Below are positions 33,480 through 41,740 of a DNA stretch of 64,000 nucleotides, one piece after another. Each line of letters starts with the position of its first letter. The first letter of the stretch is position 1. Made by a program: the position numbers and the translations under genes. The notes under the pieces are model-generated. The model was not told the DNA's origin. It made no database searches and was given only the letters and a program-made list of their open reading frames with translations. Origin of the DNA: a virus (Duplodnaviria > Caudoviricetes); the IMG/VR virus record IMGVR_UViG_3300032007_000010; one strand, written 5' to 3'.

Positions 33480-35690
33480 GTGACCTACGAATTTCTCCAA
33501 AGTCTGTACAGCGATATTCTGCTCATGCTCGAGCGCATCGTCGTCAAGCGCGATGATCTTGCGTACGAGAACGAGACCGCCGAGACGGCGCGGGCCTTTG
33601 ATCTATATCTAAGCTGCCTCAATGGCAGCCGCTATTTCTACAACTTCAAGAACTTCGACATCGATATTCTTCAGAAGTACCTTGATCCGGCGGCTGTCAA
33701 CGAGTGCTACTATGATTCCAATAAGATTCCGGAGGAATACAGAGAATCGATCGTCGAGGACCAGTCGAACAGGGTCATCAACAACTTCGAGGAAAAGAAT
33801 AACTACTATCGGATGCTGATGGGTCTTCCCAACGTGGAGGATACCCAATGGATCTACCTCACCGACACCGAGGGGATTCCGAGCGACGTGCCGGTGCACG
33901 AGCTCAGCGTCGAGCAGATCAGCTACCTCGATGCGTCCGGCATCATCGACAAGCTCAAGCTTCTATACCCCGATGCGGCCTACCTCGACTATCTCGGCGC
34001 CAACTCCATCGACCATCTGACGGCGCGGCTCGCAAAGCCCTTTGATATCCTTCGGCTCGGTGTTCCGACCCGAGCCTCGGCAACCCTCGTTAAGGAGATG
34101 TTCGAGCGCGAATATTACTGTGCCCGACGCTATGTGATGGCAAACATCTATGACACAACACTCTTCAACAATCGCACACTCTACGAGCCGGTGATCGGTG
34201 TGCTTATGCTGACACTCGCCGTGCGGAACACGCTTGTTCCGGACGAGGCCGCATATCTGAACTTCGAAGAGATTCTCGACGCGATCCTCGAGTCCTATGG
34301 CATGCTCAAATACTTCGAGAATTTCCCGTTCATCTTCAAGCGTCGGCTTGTCATGGCCATGGATAAGATCCTCACCATAAAAGGCACCGACAAGGTCCTC
34401 GTCGATGTGTGCAAGATCTTCTCCATGGATAACTTCATAGCCAACAGATACTACCTCATGAAGTATCAACCGAAGACCACGGACGGGACAATTCCGGTGA
34501 GTGGAGATCCCACCAAGGACTATGATCTCAAGTTCGTCAAGGTTCCGATCGTTGATGATGATATCGGGTTTGGTACAGAGGACGTGACCGACTATGAGAC
34601 CGTCACAAAGCCGGACTATCTCTGGCAGCTCAGCGACGAGGAATATCGGAAGATGCTCGCCGATGACTTTAATCTGCGCATGACCAAGTATGTGGATGTT
34701 GAGGCTGCCTATGATGTATCTGCGCTCAACTTCGAGGTGTGTTACTTCCTCAACATGATTCTCCAATCGAGACCCTACGAATCTAAGATCTTCTGCACCA
34801 ACCAATACACAACCGCCGGCAAGAGCGACATCTATACCATGATTGTTTTTCTGCTCGCCGGTCTTGCCAAACGATCCGGCTTCGATGGCAACATTGTGTA
34901 CGAGGCAGAGGACATTGCGGAAATCATGCGCTTTGATTCTGGAGCTGTCGGCGAGGAAATCCAGCGCATCGTAAACTCATACGAATCGCTCATCGATGTG
35001 GATGCCGGAACAACACTGGTACCGGGCTATGATAGTCCTCCCGCGCTTTCGCTTCCACACCGTGCCGGCACCACAGATCTTGAGATGATCGAAATGTATG
35101 TGCACAATCGTGCGATGTACAACGCCATCGTCAAGGAGATGAACTCCACCAATGACATTCGTCGATACATCGCACTCCAACATGCGCGCGACTGTCTCTA
35201 CATCTCGCACATGGAGCACGAAAATTTCCGCAAAGTTGACGGTAGCTATGCCACGACCTACCATGAGATGCTCGAGGAGCTTGACCCGAAGCTCGCGGAG
35301 AAGCTCGATTCCATAGACATGGACGAGAATGCCAACGAACTCGATGTGGTTCTTGTCTATGCGCTCGAAAAGCTCGAGGACCTGTTCTCCTCCGAAGAGC
35401 TCAAGTATCTATTCATCAACACATCCTCTGCCTATGGCGCACTGATCGAAAAATATCTGCGCATGGCGATCAATGTATTCAAGGCGTCTTCGGTCCAGCT
35501 AGATTCGATCAATGTGATCTTCACGCTCGGTGACGATATACCGATTCGAGTGATTGACCAGCTCGAACACCACGAGACAGAGGCGCTCGACGATACGGTC
35601 TATGTTTCCGACGAACTGGCGTTCCACCGCAGCATCGCGATCGATGATGTGGTGAGGGTTGAGACGAAGGCGTATAACAATATCCAATGA
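33480..35690 (+). CDS. Virion structural protein, baseplate wedge-like
   Basis: 736 aa; EEKNNYYRMLMGLP and IKGTDKVLVDVCKIF motifs typical of jumbo-phage baseplate proteins. Confidence 0.65.
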   Translation: MTYEFLQSLYSDILLMLERIVVKRDDLAYENETAETARAFDLYLSCLNGSRYFYNFKNFDIDILQKYLDPAAVNECYYDSNKIPEEYRESIVEDQSNRVINNFEEKNNYYRMLMGLPNVEDTQWIYLTDTEGIPSDVPVHELSVEQISYLDASGIIDKLKLLYPDAAYLDYLGANSIDHLTARLAKPFDILRLGVPTRASATLVKEMFEREYYCARRYVMANIYDTTLFNNRTLYEPVIGVLMLTLAVRNTLVPDEAAYLNFEEILDAILESYGMLKYFENFPFIFKRRLVMAMDKILTIKGTDKVLVDVCKIFSMDNFIANRYYLMKYQPKTTDGTIPVSGDPTKDYDLKFVKVPIVDDDIGFGTEDVTDYETVTKPDYLWQLSDEEYRKMLADDFNLRMTKYVDVEAAYDVSALNFEVCYFLNMILQSRPYESKIFCTNQYTTAGKSDIYTMIVFLLAGLAKRSGFDGNIVYEAEDIAEIMRFDSGAVGEEIQRIVNSYESLIDVDAGTTLVPGYDSPPALSLPHRAGTTDLEMIEMYVHNRAMYNAIVKEMNSTNDIRRYIALQHARDCLYISHMEHENFRKVDGSYATTYHEMLEELDPKLAEKLDSIDMDENANELDVVLVYALEKLEDLFSSEELKYLFINTSSAYGALIEKYLRMAINVFKASSVQLDSINVIFTLGDDIPIRVIDQLEHHETEALDDTVYVSDELAFHRSIAIDDVVRVETKAYNNIQ

Positions 35691-35707
35691 AAGGGAGGTT
35701 CCAGCCA

Positions 35708-36562
35708 ATGAATCCAAAGAATGAACACGTGCACATCGGCGAGATTCTCGATGTGAATGGTCGTCGCTATGATGGTGAAGCGGGACGCATCATCGGTGAT
35801 GTGACCGTTATCCATAGATCCAAACGTGGAAATGTCATGTTTACTCGCACGCTCCACGATCACAATGATCTTCTCGTCACGGGTGCAGTCTTCCTCTCCG
35901 AGAAGGCCAACAACATGCGTTCAGGTTTTATCACCACCGCCAATGACGTGTCCCTCGGAGTGCACACGGCCGATCAGCTTGTCATCGATGATACGACGAT
36001 CCCCGAAGAAAAGATTGCTGGCATCATGGTTGGCAACGGCGGGTCCGGAGACACCTACAACACGGTGTACAAGGTCGATCGTTCTGCGCTCACCGTTCCA
36101 TCTCCGGTGCCCTTCCGCGTCGTTCCGGTCGCCGAAGACCTCAGCGGCGAAACATGCAAGAAATACTTCCTGCGCGTGGTCCGCGGTGACTATGCGTATT
36201 ACTATGGCAAGACCTTCGACATCGACCGTGAGATATGTGTCCTCTATGAGGATGGGACCACGGTTCCGGTGGATGCCGATACATCCTCTTCCTCCGGCAA
36301 GTTCGTGCGAGTGTTTTCTCGCTACCGTGCGGTGCTCGATGCCGAGGATATCCGTGAGTTCTTCAAGGTGAACTATGGGTCCACGCTGCGCTCGCTCATC
36401 AACTCGGTCGGTCTTGTTACCGGCTATCCGGGCGTCGCCAGCGATGGTTCCTATGATGAATTCTTCAATGTGCGCACCATGACCACCATGAACATGGAGA
36501 ACCAAGAGCTAAAGGATTCCGAGTCCACGGTCACCTTTATATACAGACTCTTCATCCAGTGA
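35708..36562 (+). CDS. Virion structural protein (baseplate/tail-associated)
   Basis: ~284 aa, beta-rich, operonic with the previous gene; NDLLVTGA..GNGG..YYYGKTF..INSVGL. Confidence 0.6.
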   Translation: MNPKNEHVHIGEILDVNGRRYDGEAGRIIGDVTVIHRSKRGNVMFTRTLHDHNDLLVTGAVFLSEKANNMRSGFITTANDVSLGVHTADQLVIDDTTIPEEKIAGIMVGNGGSGDTYNTVYKVDRSALTVPSPVPFRVVPVAEDLSGETCKKYFLRVVRGDYAYYYGKTFDIDREICVLYEDGTTVPVDADTSSSSGKFVRVFSRYRAVLDAEDIREFFKVNYGSTLRSLINSVGLVTGYPGVASDGSYDEFFNVRTMTTMNMENQELKDSESTVTFIYRLFIQ

Positions 36563-36581
36563 TAGAAAGGAGTGTTGGTCC

Positions 36582-37796
36582 ATGGCTCGTGATCTGAGAG
36601 GCACTCCGAAGGAACAGCAGTTCTTTGCGCTGCTCAAGACCGTCGATCTCAATAATCCGACCGCGGATTTCTTTGACAAAGCTTTTGCGGCGCACCTGGA
36701 TGGTCCGGAACTCTTTCATCCCGACGATGTGATTCGCATCGGTCCCGAACACTCCAGGTTTGTGAAGCCAGACTCCGATACCACCATAGGCATCTTCATC
36801 GTGAATAAGTTCATCTTCGAGATGCTCGAGGTATTCGGTTATCTGAATGTGGAGTTTGGCAAGGTGTGGAAGAAGCTCGATGCGAAGGTCGCAGAAGCGC
36901 TGGTGGCCGGAGACATAACCACCGAACAGTTTGGAGAATACATTGACCGCTGCCAGTTTCTCTTCGGTGGAACACTCGCGCACATCATCAATCCATCACT
37001 GTCTTCGACCATCATCAAACTGCCACCCGCCGCCAAGAAGCAGAAAAAGGAACTCATGAAAGAGAATGCCGAAGCCCTCGCCGCAAACGATACCGAGGCA
37101 GCGTCGCGCGTCGAACGTGCGGTCACAAAGACCGCGGTCGATGAGATGCGCAAGGCCGGTGACCCCGCCATCTCAATCTTCGATTCCGGAGCAGTTGACC
37201 CGTACAACAACATGAAGACCATGCTCGTGATGAAGGGTTCTGTCGAAGATCCCACCGGCGAATCTCCGACCGGATACAAGGTTGTCACCAGTGACTACAA
37301 CGAGGGCATCTCGAAGAAGGATATGCCAGCCATTGCGAATGCCGTGGTGAACTCGTCCTATTCATCCGGCGTTAAGACACAGGATGCTGGTTACATCGGC
37401 AAGAAATACAATGTGCTCATGCAACGCGTGACCATCGGTCCCAAGGGCTCCGACTGTGGAACCGGTGATACGATGACGGCGGTTGTAACCTCCCGCTTCC
37501 TCCATCGTTTTATGCTCGAGGGCAACAAACTCGTGGAACTCACCGCAGAGAACCTCGATCAATACAAGGGCAAACGCGTGAGGTTCAGATCTCCGCTGCA
37601 CTGCAAGATGAAGGATCCATGCTATTGCAACGTGTGTGTGGGTAATCGATTCTATAATCTTGGCATCAACAATGTCGGTCTCAGCATGAGTGTTCTGAGC
37701 GGATCTCTGCTGAATGCGTCGCTCCAGAGCAAGCACAACTCGGTATTGAGCTTCTACAAGCTGACATCGGATGACCTGATGAAATACGTGAACTGA
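36582..37796 (+). CDS. RNA polymerase beta'-like subunit, C-terminal part (probably virion RNAP)
   Basis: Bridge helix KTQDAGYIGKK, SDCGT, RSPLHC..CNVC Zn site, trigger-loop-like NVGLSMSVLSGSLLNASLQSKH. Confidence 0.9.
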   Translation: MARDLRGTPKEQQFFALLKTVDLNNPTADFFDKAFAAHLDGPELFHPDDVIRIGPEHSRFVKPDSDTTIGIFIVNKFIFEMLEVFGYLNVEFGKVWKKLDAKVAEALVAGDITTEQFGEYIDRCQFLFGGTLAHIINPSLSSTIIKLPPAAKKQKKELMKENAEALAANDTEAASRVERAVTKTAVDEMRKAGDPAISIFDSGAVDPYNNMKTMLVMKGSVEDPTGESPTGYKVVTSDYNEGISKKDMPAIANAVVNSSYSSGVKTQDAGYIGKKYNVLMQRVTIGPKGSDCGTGDTMTAVVTSRFLHRFMLEGNKLVELTAENLDQYKGKRVRFRSPLHCKMKDPCYCNVCVGNRFYNLGINNVGLSMSVLSGSLLNASLQSKHNSVLSFYKLTSDDLMKYVN

Positions 37797-37935
37797 TCAA
37801 AGCAACAGCACACCCGGTCGATTCCGGGTGTGCTTCTCTTCGTTCCGCTCATTTTCTCGGAGCATTCTCATCGATGAACATTACTATGATGCAGTGCAGG
37901 AGTGTATCTATCCGAGCAAAATGGGGGGTGTTCCA

Positions 37936-38445
37936 TTGAAGACATTTGAATTAAAGGTTACAGCACCCCCGGTGGTAGGGGCTCTGACCTCTCAAGACCT
38001 TGAATATGTGGTGAGTCGCATCGGGCATCACAGGTTTCTGTCCAGCTCATCGTCCAGCCTTACGGTGCTACGCTCCAAACTATTCGAAGCGTGCAAAACC
38101 ATGGCGTATATTAGCCAGATACTCCACAACTTCTTCGAACTCTCATCGCTGAATATTTGCATGGATGAGGATGGACGATCCTCGATCGGAATAATCCGTG
38201 TGCTATCGTTCATATCACGTCATAGCCTCGAAAGCTTCGATGATAATTCGTATGTGGAAATTAAATTCGATGCAAGGTCCGAATCTAGGGAATACTACCG
38301 GGTACGTGTATGGCGCGGCGACAGGATGTGTGTAGATCGTGTCTACGAGGTAAAGGACCATATCTATTCGTATGATATGAATTTTCCAACACCGAGCGAA
38401 TTCGCATACATGATCGCAAGAGCGCTTACCGAAGAGAGAATCTAA
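37936..38445 (+). CDS. Hypothetical protein
   Basis: TTG start after GGGGGTG; promoter AACATTACTATGAT at 37877; terminator at 38460..38484. Confidence 0.55.
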   Translation: MKTFELKVTAPPVVGALTSQDLEYVVSRIGHHRFLSSSSSSLTVLRSKLFEACKTMAYISQILHNFFELSSLNICMDEDGRSSIGIIRVLSFISRHSLESFDDNSYVEIKFDARSESREYYRVRVWRGDRMCVDRVYEVKDHIYSYDMNFPTPSEFAYMIARALTEERI

Positions 38446-38627
38446 CAGAGAAAAGACTGTGACACCCCTGAATCAGGGGTGTCATTTATTTTATGAAATG
38501 GAACCTACATATGTATAATGCTGCTTTCATTCATCCTATCCATGGGGATGCTCGGAGTGATTTTGGAATGTGCGATCCGATCTCACTCCGATATCCTTAT
38601 GCCGAAAGCAACATCCATTTTATCTAT

Positions 38628-39044
38628 GGGGGCGAAATGGTTTCGACGGGGGTTGATTCCGAGGATTGCATCGGCTGGCGGAATCCAGCATAAAAGTCCG
38701 ACTCATAAATTAAACGCGAACGATTACTACGTTCCTGCTCAGGCTGCTGCCTAATTAGGCGGTAAGCCCGAGACGAGCCCGAGTACTCTTTGGCGGTTCT
38801 CTTGAGAGCTCGGTAGTTAAGCAAAATCGCCCACCTCCATGGGATAGTTGTGTCACCTAACCATCGTTTTTGAGTAATCAAAACAGAGGTGCAAAGAAAG
38901 ACACGAACAGGTGGGACTGTCTAAAATTCCTATCTACCGGCAAAGTTGCCCGTGCTTAGCCGGTGATTAGGTGATCGGGATAACGATGTAGATATCCAGA
39001 GATAGATGCTTCGGACGCCGGTTCAATTCCGACCGCCTCCACCA
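38628..39044 (+). ncRNA. ssrA: tmRNA, tag peptide (A)ANDYYVPAQAAA*
   Basis: 5' GGGGGCGAAATGGTTTCGACGGG; 3' T-arm GGTTCAATTCC and CGCCTCCACCA with G3.U pair; resume codon GCG at 38716 after TAAAC, stop at 38752..38754. Confidence 0.95.
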
Positions 39045-39133
39045 TAAACTCCAATGCTCGGTAAGAACAGGCTGAGTATTGTTGTTCTTTAATTTGCCCA
39101 CCATGGTAGTAAATATCATGGTGGGCCCAATAT

Positions 39134-39209
39134 CCGGGTGTAGCGAAGTTGGTATCGCGCTTGCTTTGGGAGCATGAGGCCGTGGGTTCGAGTCCCACCA
39201 CTCGGACCA
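39134..39209 (+). tRNA. tRNA-Pro(UGG)
   Basis: Cloverleaf CCGGGTG/CACTCGG, anticodon loop TT-TGG-GA, TTCGA, CCA end. Confidence 0.93.
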
Positions 39210-39637
39210 GCTCGCTGCGCAGCGAGCAAAATCATTCTGACACATGGGCATGAATCGGAATCGCCGACGCGATAGGGAGTCCCGCCTGGCGACTCCGTCC
39301 CGTGGTCAGACAAAACGTTGATTCCCTACCACTAGATTGCGATCGCAGGATCGCCGAGGGTGGGGTGGAGTTAGTCCGTAGAATTCCGGGCATCGGCGTC
39401 TGGTAGCTATCCGCCCGATGCTGGCCGTACGACGTCTATCGGTTGGCAAGGTGCCAATCGGGCATATCATTGATGATACCTGTCAGATGACCGTCTCGAA
39501 TATGCTCCGAATCTAATGGATTGACGAAAGCGGGCCGAAAGGTGCTACCGCCGCGTGGTGGACAAAGCTGCATCACACGTTTTCTGGGCGCCGGGGCGGT
39601 GTAATACACGATCCGCCTCGGCAGCCGTCAAACATAT
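39210..39637 (+). ncRNA. Unassigned large structured RNA(s) inside the tRNA cluster
   Basis: ~430 nt without a plausible CDS, composed of multi-helix domains. Confidence 0.6.
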
Positions 39638-39722
39638 GCCGGTATGGCGGAATTGGTAGACGCGCCGGATTTAGGTTCCGGTGTCATATGACGTGTCGTT
39701 TCGAGTACGACTACCGGCACCA
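39638..39722 (+). tRNA. tRNA-Leu(UAG)
   Basis: GCCGGTA/TACCGGC acceptor, anticodon TT-TAG-GT, long variable arm, CCA end. Confidence 0.93.
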
Positions 39723-39727
39723 ATCAT

Positions 39728-39803
39728 GGGCAATTAGCTTAGCGGTTAAAGCAGCCGGCTCATAACCGGTCGACCCTCTGTTCGAATCAGAGATTGCCCA
39801 CCA
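39728..39803 (+). tRNA. tRNA with CAU anticodon, probably Ile2 (lysidine) rather than Met
   Basis: GGGCAAT/ATTGCCC acceptor; GCCGG-CTCATAA-CCGGT anticodon arm resembles bacterial tRNA-Ile2. Confidence 0.85.
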
Positions 39804-39996
39804 ACCATCTTCGAGAAGGCTTGCCAGCTCACCGCGATAGTCGGATTGAAATCTTTGATCCGATGAAGAAATGGAGGGACAGAAGCCTCACCAAAGCTGG
39901 CCCAACATAGGGCGGAACCACTACCGACGGTCCGCCCGGGATAATTATCACCGAAAGGCACGAACATATTCTTTGATGACAGGGAGGATATCTAAC

Positions 39997-40701
39997 ATGA
40001 GCAACTATCCGGAAGGTAATTTCATCGTGAGGTTTCTCGTCTGGATTCTCGGAAAGCTTGGCTGGTGGAGCTGCTCTCTCGAGCAACACGATGCCGAGTG
40101 TGAGAGATATGACGATCTCAGGGTTGAAAAGGAATCGTTGGTCGAACGCAACAAGGAACTTAACCGGCGATTGAACAAGGCCAACAAAACTCTCGACACG
40201 GTCCAAGCCACATCCATAGAAGAGCAGATGGAGATTAACCGGAAGCTTGAGCTCGAACAGGATCGCATCAATGCGGCGATGCAAAAAAGCGAAGAATACT
40301 ACAAAACTGTTCAGGAGGCTCTAAATAAGGCTCTCCAGGAGAATGGTGTGTATAAATTCGATGACAGATTGGCCTTCCCCGGGAGCACATCCTTCAACGG
40401 TGGTGAATATCGGGAAAATGATGAAAAATACATCATCGTGACCGGTAGAACCATCATGACAGATGAAGATACATCCCGCATGAAAACCATGCCGGATGTT
40501 CGTGACAAGTATCAGTACGCATACAACCACCTGCTCCAATGGGGTCTCGTGGAGAAGATTGCGAAGACGCTTGTTACCTCCGGTGGCGTAGCCTTCACGA
40601 TTGCTTTCAATCCCGAGTGCACTTCGGCGGAGGTGTACTATAACATCAGAGTAAAGAAGCCTGACAATGCTCTGATCATCGATGTGAATATGAACAAATG
40701 A
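39997..40701 (+). CDS. Hypothetical coiled-coil protein
   Basis: Start MSNYPEG with GGGAGG SD. Confidence 0.7.
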   Translation: MSNYPEGNFIVRFLVWILGKLGWWSCSLEQHDAECERYDDLRVEKESLVERNKELNRRLNKANKTLDTVQATSIEEQMEINRKLELEQDRINAAMQKSEEYYKTVQEALNKALQENGVYKFDDRLAFPGSTSFNGGEYRENDEKYIIVTGRTIMTDEDTSRMKTMPDVRDKYQYAYNHLLQWGLVEKIAKTLVTSGGVAFTIAFNPECTSAEVYYNIRVKKPDNALIIDVNMNK

Positions 40702-40739
40702 ACACAAAGATCCCCTCCCAGTGTTGGGAGGGGATCATA

Positions 40740-41090
40740 TCATTGGTTATTTTTCTCGGCGGCATCGAAGAGCTCATTCTGCACGCCCTGGCTCTCATCA
40801 ATCTCCGCATCGCGGCCTTCCTTGATGGCAGAGATGACCTCGCTCGCCTCCTGCACAACCTTGATGGATGCTTCGACCGACTTGGCATCGATTCGGCCCT
40901 CGCTGATGACATATGCGAGCACCGATGCGATCTCGAGTATGATGAACGCGACCGTTGCGATCGTATTGTCGGGGACCGCAAACATGCCAAGCACGCCGAC
41001 GATAACACCGACGAGAGACATGATAAACTTGCGAGAGGTGTACTTCTTCAGCACGCTCGTGTCGTTGGTGACAACCCTGTTTTCCTCCAT
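40740..41090 (-). CDS. Holin-like membrane protein
   Basis: KYTSRKF followed by two transmembrane helices and YVISEGRIDAK, typical of small Bacillota-phage holins. Confidence 0.65.
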   Translation of the reverse strand: MEENRVVTNDTSVLKKYTSRKFIMSLVGVIVGVLGMFAVPDNTIATVAFIILEIASVLAYVISEGRIDAKSVEASIKVVQEASEVISAIKEGRDAEIDESQGVQNELFDAAEKNNQ

Positions 41091-41180
41091 GATGCTTACC
41101 TCCTTGAGTAGATTCCTCACAAAGAATTCAATGAATAGTTTCCATGGGAACATGTTCATGTGGCCGGCTCCAATTCTTCG

Positions 41181-41657
41181 TCAATCGAGACGAGTTGGAT
41201 CCACATAAAGATTCTGTGTCGACTCATCCTGAGCATCTTCCACGGGTTCGACAAAGCTCTGTGCCTGGGCCTGTGCCTGGGCAACCGCGAACTGCGCCTG
41301 TGCCGTCGCGGTTTCTCGCGTGATGATATCATCCGGGAAGGTCGAATCGCCACCGAACTTTGGATTGTAGCGGAAGACGTTTTCGATGGTCTTGGTGAGC
41401 AAGAACGTCATGAGTTCACCGAGGATCACGGTGCACACATTGCTCGAGAGGCTCTCGGCGATCTGTTCGCGCCCGAGCAGCGCAAGCAGATACGACATCC
41501 AGATCCATAGACAGCCATTGATGGTGAGAAGCCACACCAGCTTTTTGCTTGCGTTATACATGAATCGTTCGAAGCCCTTTGCGCTGTCAGGAGTTGTCTG
41601 AGCCTTTGGAACATTGAGTTCCTGTGGAGCAGCATCCTTGATGTTTTGGGTAGACAT
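41181..41657 (-). CDS. Two-TM membrane protein (lysis-module associated)
   Basis: SKKLVW..WIWMSYLLA..ESLS..VIL; late promoter AACATCACTATAAT at 41687..41700. Confidence 0.6.
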   Translation of the reverse strand: MSTQNIKDAAPQELNVPKAQTTPDSAKGFERFMYNASKKLVWLLTINGCLWIWMSYLLALLGREQIAESLSSNVCTVILGELMTFLLTKTIENVFRYNPKFGGDSTFPDDIITRETATAQAQFAVAQAQAQAQSFVEPVEDAQDESTQNLYVDPTRLD

Positions 41658-41740
41658 TGAGAATCCTCCTTTCTTGAACGGATTTCATTATAGTGATGTT
41701 TGCAAAACCCCTCCCCGGACAAGGGGAGGGGTTCGTTTCG

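Noticed and set aside
39210-39637. RNase P RNA, SRP RNA or self-splicing intron
   Set aside because: No GAGGAAAGUCC or other RNase P core, no SRP helix-8 motif, no clear group II domain V or group I P7; the flanking tRNAs are intact. Kept as an unknown ncRNA.
39638-39722. Amber suppressor tRNA / alternative genetic code
   Set aside because: Anticodon UAG reads the Leu codon CUA; a suppressor would have anticodon CUA. Genes end normally at TAA, TAG and TGA and are not fragmented.
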